DNA of 64,000 nucleotides from an uncultured bacterium (lineage in GTDB: Bacteria > Patescibacteriota > Patescibacteriia > Patescibacteriales > UBA12465), in contig OW818634.1 of NCBI GenBank assembly GCA_942492765.1, positions 89,159 through 153,158 on the forward strand. The letters are read 5' to 3'. This document shows, one piece after another, positions 61,095 to 64,000 of this stretch; positions within the stretch are counted from its first letter, which is position 1; every line of letters begins with the position of its first letter. Below the pieces are notes generated by a model that had not been told where the DNA came from, made no database searches, and worked only from the letters and a program-made list of their open reading frames with translations. Position numbers and translations under genes: made by a program.

Positions 61095-62645
61095 CTAAAG
61101 AAATATAGTTTCTTCGCGATCCGGGCCGATCGAGATTATTCTCGGCCTGATTCCAGTGTGACTCATGACGAACTCGAGGATCGTCTTAAGTTCAGACGGC
61201 AAGCTTTCGTAATCAGCACAGCCGCTAAGATTCTTTTGCCAGCCAGGGAAGCTCCGATAGACAGGCCGGCAATGCTGCAGCACTTCTGCCGCCGGAATCG
61301 CCGTTTCAAGCCTATCGCCCGCTTCTATCTGTTTGCCGGCGTGAAGATAAGTCGGCCCGCAATACTCATATTGATCGCAGATATCGATTATCTCGCAATC
61401 ATTGAGAACATCAAGCTTGGTCAAGATCATGTCCGGGCTATTGAAAGTGAGGGTATACCGCAATAACGGCAAATCAAGCCGACCGGTTCGCCTCGGGCGA
61501 CCAGTAGTCGCTCCATATTCACTGCCAGCTCGGCGCATTGCTATGCCTCGGATGAAGTAATCTTTATCATTGACTGAGACATGTCCATAAAGCTCTGACT
61601 CCTTGCCGCGGCTGCCTTCTCCGCCATTGCACCATCTCTCTGACTTCTCCGCCCCGAATTCGGTCGGAAACGGGCCGCCGCCGACTCTCGTCATATAGAA
61701 GCCCTTGATAATCCCCAAAGACAGGTCGATGTCAGTTTCTTTCAGACCGACTCCTTCGGCTAGGCCGGCGGTAGCACAATCTGAAGAGGTCACGAAAGGA
61801 TAGGTGCCGCGCTTGATGCTCAGCATGTCTCCCTGGGCGCCTTCCAATAAGATATTGGACTTGCCGAGGCTAGATCTCATCAAAGCGTCAGTATCTTCGA
61901 TCAACGGCTGGAATTCCCGGCCATACTCTAGATATTTTTCATAGATAGCATCCGTATTGAAGATATTTTCCGCCTCATAATAGAGGCCTGATTCCAGATG
62001 TTCGCTATGCATGATCGCCTTGATGGTTTCCGAATCATAATTCCTGAGTATCTTCCTCTTATATTCCAGATGCCTTTCTAATTTAGCTCTGAAAAATTCA
62101 GGATTAAGCAGATCATTGATGAGCAGGCCTTGACGATCAAAAACATCGCTGTAAGCCGGACCTATGCCCTTGCCAGTACTGCCGATCTTCCCTTTGCCGC
62201 CGGAAGATTCTCTGATTCGATCCAGAAGAATCTCCGCTGGCGTGATCAGCTTAGCGTTATAAGCTAAGCACAGATTATTACAAGTCATCCCGAGCTCTCT
62301 TATCTGAGCCAGCTCAACGCTTAGAGATTTAGGATAGACGACTACTCCGCTGCCGATAATATTGATTTTTCCGGCAACATCATGGCGAATTCCCGATGGA
62401 ATAAGGTGGGTGATTATTTCCAAATCACGATAACGGGTAGTATGCCCGCAATTATCTCCGCCGGTACCGCGAGCGATGATATCCGCCCACTCGGCAAAAA
62501 GATCGGCAAATTTTCCTTTGCCATTATCGCCGAATTGGCGATCCGTAATCGCTACGGTCTTTACAGCTTTCGATTTGTTAGCATCAGCCCATCGGCTCAG
62601 AAGACCTGTCAGGACTTCAACTCCTTTTTTACTAGCATGTTCCAT
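61095..62645 (-). CDS. purA: Adenylosuccinate synthetase (long form)
   Basis: The ATG at 62643-62645 is preceded by aaaggag. The track start at 62708 would overlap guaB. Motifs QFGDNGKGKFADL (P-loop), GSTGKGIGPAY and TTGRPRRTGRLDLPLL. 516 aa. Confidence 0.9.
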   Translation of the reverse strand: MEHASKKGVEVLTGLLSRWADANKSKAVKTVAITDRQFGDNGKGKFADLFAEWADIIARGTGGDNCGHTTRYRDLEIITHLIPSGIRHDVAGKINIIGSGVVVYPKSLSVELAQIRELGMTCNNLCLAYNAKLITPAEILLDRIRESSGGKGKIGSTGKGIGPAYSDVFDRQGLLINDLLNPEFFRAKLERHLEYKRKILRNYDSETIKAIMHSEHLESGLYYEAENIFNTDAIYEKYLEYGREFQPLIEDTDALMRSSLGKSNILLEGAQGDMLSIKRGTYPFVTSSDCATAGLAEGVGLKETDIDLSLGIIKGFYMTRVGGGPFPTEFGAEKSERWCNGGEGSRGKESELYGHVSVNDKDYFIRGIAMRRAGSEYGATTGRPRRTGRLDLPLLRYTLTFNSPDMILTKLDVLNDCEIIDICDQYEYCGPTYLHAGKQIEAGDRLETAIPAAEVLQHCRPVYRSFPGWQKNLSGCADYESLPSELKTILEFVMSHTGIRPRIISIGPDREETIFL

Positions 62646-62664
62646 TTCTATTTTCTCCTTTCTT

Positions 62665-64000
62665 TTAGCGCGGCGTAATAGTTTCTTCTTCGATATAATC
62701 CAGCCCATGCGGCTGAGACTCTCTTAGTCCATTATTAGTGATGCGGAAAAGGTTTCCCTCTTTTTGCATCGCAGATATAGTCTTGGCGCCGAGATAACCC
62801 ATTCCGGCCCTGAGTCCGCCCGTCAATTGATGGACGATAGGAGCGACGTCGCCCTTGAAATTAAGCCAGCTTTTTACGCCTTCAGCGACGAGCTTATCGT
62901 TTGAAACATCAGCCTGTCCATAGCGTTCCCGTGAATTTATGCTAGCCATCATGGCATCTATCGATCCCATGCCTCTATACATCTTCACCGGCTTGCCGTT
63001 CTTGAACATTATCTCTCCTGGAGATTCCGTCGTCCCGGCGAGAAGCTTGCCGATCATAACATTATCGGCGCCAGCGACCAAGGCGATTGTGATATCACCC
63101 GATTCTTCAATGCCGCCGTCAGCGCAGATCGGAACTCCCGATCCTCGGATAGCTTTCTCGCAATCATAAATCGCGGTCACTTGCGGGCGCCCAATACCGG
63201 CTACTATTCTCGTTTTGCAGATCGATCCCGGTCCTTGCCCGACTTTTAAGCCGTCAACGCCAGCATCAACCAAGCGCTTGGCCGCTTCTCCTTCGGAAAT
63301 GTTGCCAGCCACTACGTCGATATTCGGGTAATGTTTCTTGCAATACTTGACCGTATCGATGACTTTCTTAGTATTGCCATGCGCGGTGTCGATTACTACG
63401 ACATCGACTTTATGGCGGCTAAGTAAATCCATCCGTTCCTCCATATCTATGCCGACGCCGATAGCGGCGCCAACCAGCAAGCTGCCTCTCGAATCAAGAT
63501 TGTATCCTTGAGAGTTGCCGTTTAGGATCCGAGAAACATCCGATAAAGTATAGATACCCCCGAATTCTCCCTTGCGATTGAAGATCGGCAGGATCTTCTT
63601 GCGATTCTGGATCATCATCTTATGCGCTCCAGCAATAGAAATATCGCTATTAGCGCTGATGATATTAGTCGACATGATGTCGGAAATCTTGCTGTGCGGT
63701 CCGGGACAATAATCAAAATCATCATGAGTGACGATGCCGACCTTCTGGCCGTTTTCATCATTAACCATGAAGCTGAAAAATTTATACCCTTTATCCGCGC
63801 GCAACTTCAGGACTTGCTCGACAGTGTCGTTGATAGAAATACAAATCGGATTAGGAATCAATCCATTCAATTCATATTTGACCCTGCTGACAGCTATAGC
63901 TTGATCTTTAGGCGATAGAGCCTTGTGCACTATGCCCAAGCCGCCTAGCTTAGCCATGGCGATAGCCATAGACGCTTCTGTCACCGTGTCCATAGCCGCG
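62665..64000 (-). CDS. guaB: IMP dehydrogenase, N-terminus beyond the window edge
   Basis: The frame stays open past the listed Met (63993) to position 64000. AAMDTVTEASMAIAMAKLGGLGIVH, a CBS pair region, the catalytic loop GPGSICKTRIVAGIGRPQ, and GGLRAGMGYLGA. Confidence 0.92.
   Translation of the reverse strand, partial: AAMDTVTEASMAIAMAKLGGLGIVHKALSPKDQAIAVSRVKYELNGLIPNPICISINDTVEQVLKLRADKGYKFFSFMVNDENGQKVGIVTHDDFDYCPGPHSKISDIMSTNIISANSDISIAGAHKMMIQNRKKILPIFNRKGEFGGIYTLSDVSRILNGNSQGYNLDSRGSLLVGAAIGVGIDMEERMDLLSRHKVDVVVIDTAHGNTKKVIDTVKYCKKHYPNIDVVAGNISEGEAAKRLVDAGVDGLKVGQGPGSICKTRIVAGIGRPQVTAIYDCEKAIRGSGVPICADGGIEESGDITIALVAGADNVMIGKLLAGTTESPGEIMFKNGKPVKMYRGMGSIDAMMASINSRERYGQADVSNDKLVAEGVKSWLNFKGDVAPIVHQLTGGLRAGMGYLGAKTISAMQKEGNLFRITNNGLRESQPHGLDYIEEETITPR

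Noticed and set aside
1-64000. Search for CRISPR arrays, IS elements, integrases, prophage or classical defence-system genes
   Set aside because: I saw no direct-repeat/spacer periodicity, no transposase, recombinase or cas-like ORFs, and no terminal inverted repeats flanking the compositionally odd islets. The window reads as core chromosome with small accessory insertions.

Overview
Gene-dense bacterial chromosome segment of moderate GC (mid-40s % by eye, not computed). I make 57 protein-coding calls, all but seven on the minus strand. I found no rRNA, tRNA, CRISPR array, transposase or integrase.

Gene content:
- Housekeeping: gltX, rplJ-rplL, uvrA/uvrB/uvrC plus ogt, purA-guaB, csp, a DEAD-box helicase, kup, corA, plsC.
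- A long envelope/glycan block at 5.3-21 kb: two GT4 genes, a Wzz-like protein, an O-antigen-ligase-like protein, DUF4012 and several secreted repeat proteins.
- A six-gene translationally coupled export operon: membrane-fusion protein, MacB-type ABC, P-type ATPase and M23 peptidase.
- A UDP-xylose-type sugar-nucleotide pair.

The many domain-reduced proteins, together with DUF4012, Gmad2/GerMN and delta-60 repeats, fit a small-genome Patescibacteria/CPR-like organism. That is an inference, not a demonstration.

Main signals beyond ordinary annotation:
1. Three unannotated plus-strand non-coding transcription units of about 260-315 nt, each bounded by a promoter and an intrinsic terminator. 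They sit in two unusually large gene-free gaps (20.9-21.3 kb and 25.7-26.3 kb). Two of them share a nearly identical ~35-nt promoter block. I could not match any to RNase P, tmRNA, SRP or 6S RNA by eye.
2. All nucleotide-excision-repair genes cluster within 9.4 kb and each is domain-minimised. UvrA lacks the insertion domain, UvrB lacks the C-terminal UVR domain, and UvrC lacks the UVR and HhH regions.
3. Unusual fusions and operons: a TagA/WecG-Nudix fusion, uvrB-GNAT-Nudix-CYTH, and an MFP with a ~360-aa helical insert co-operonic with a P-type ATPase and an M23 peptidase.
4. Small compositionally odd islets: an AT-rich 2-TM ORF at 29.8 kb, a low-GC two-gene module at 7.9-9.8 kb, a stand-alone DHOD-like gene, and a 206-aa orphan next to rplJ.

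The supplied ORF track misses the edge-truncated gene at 1-1486, and it over-extends several N-termini.
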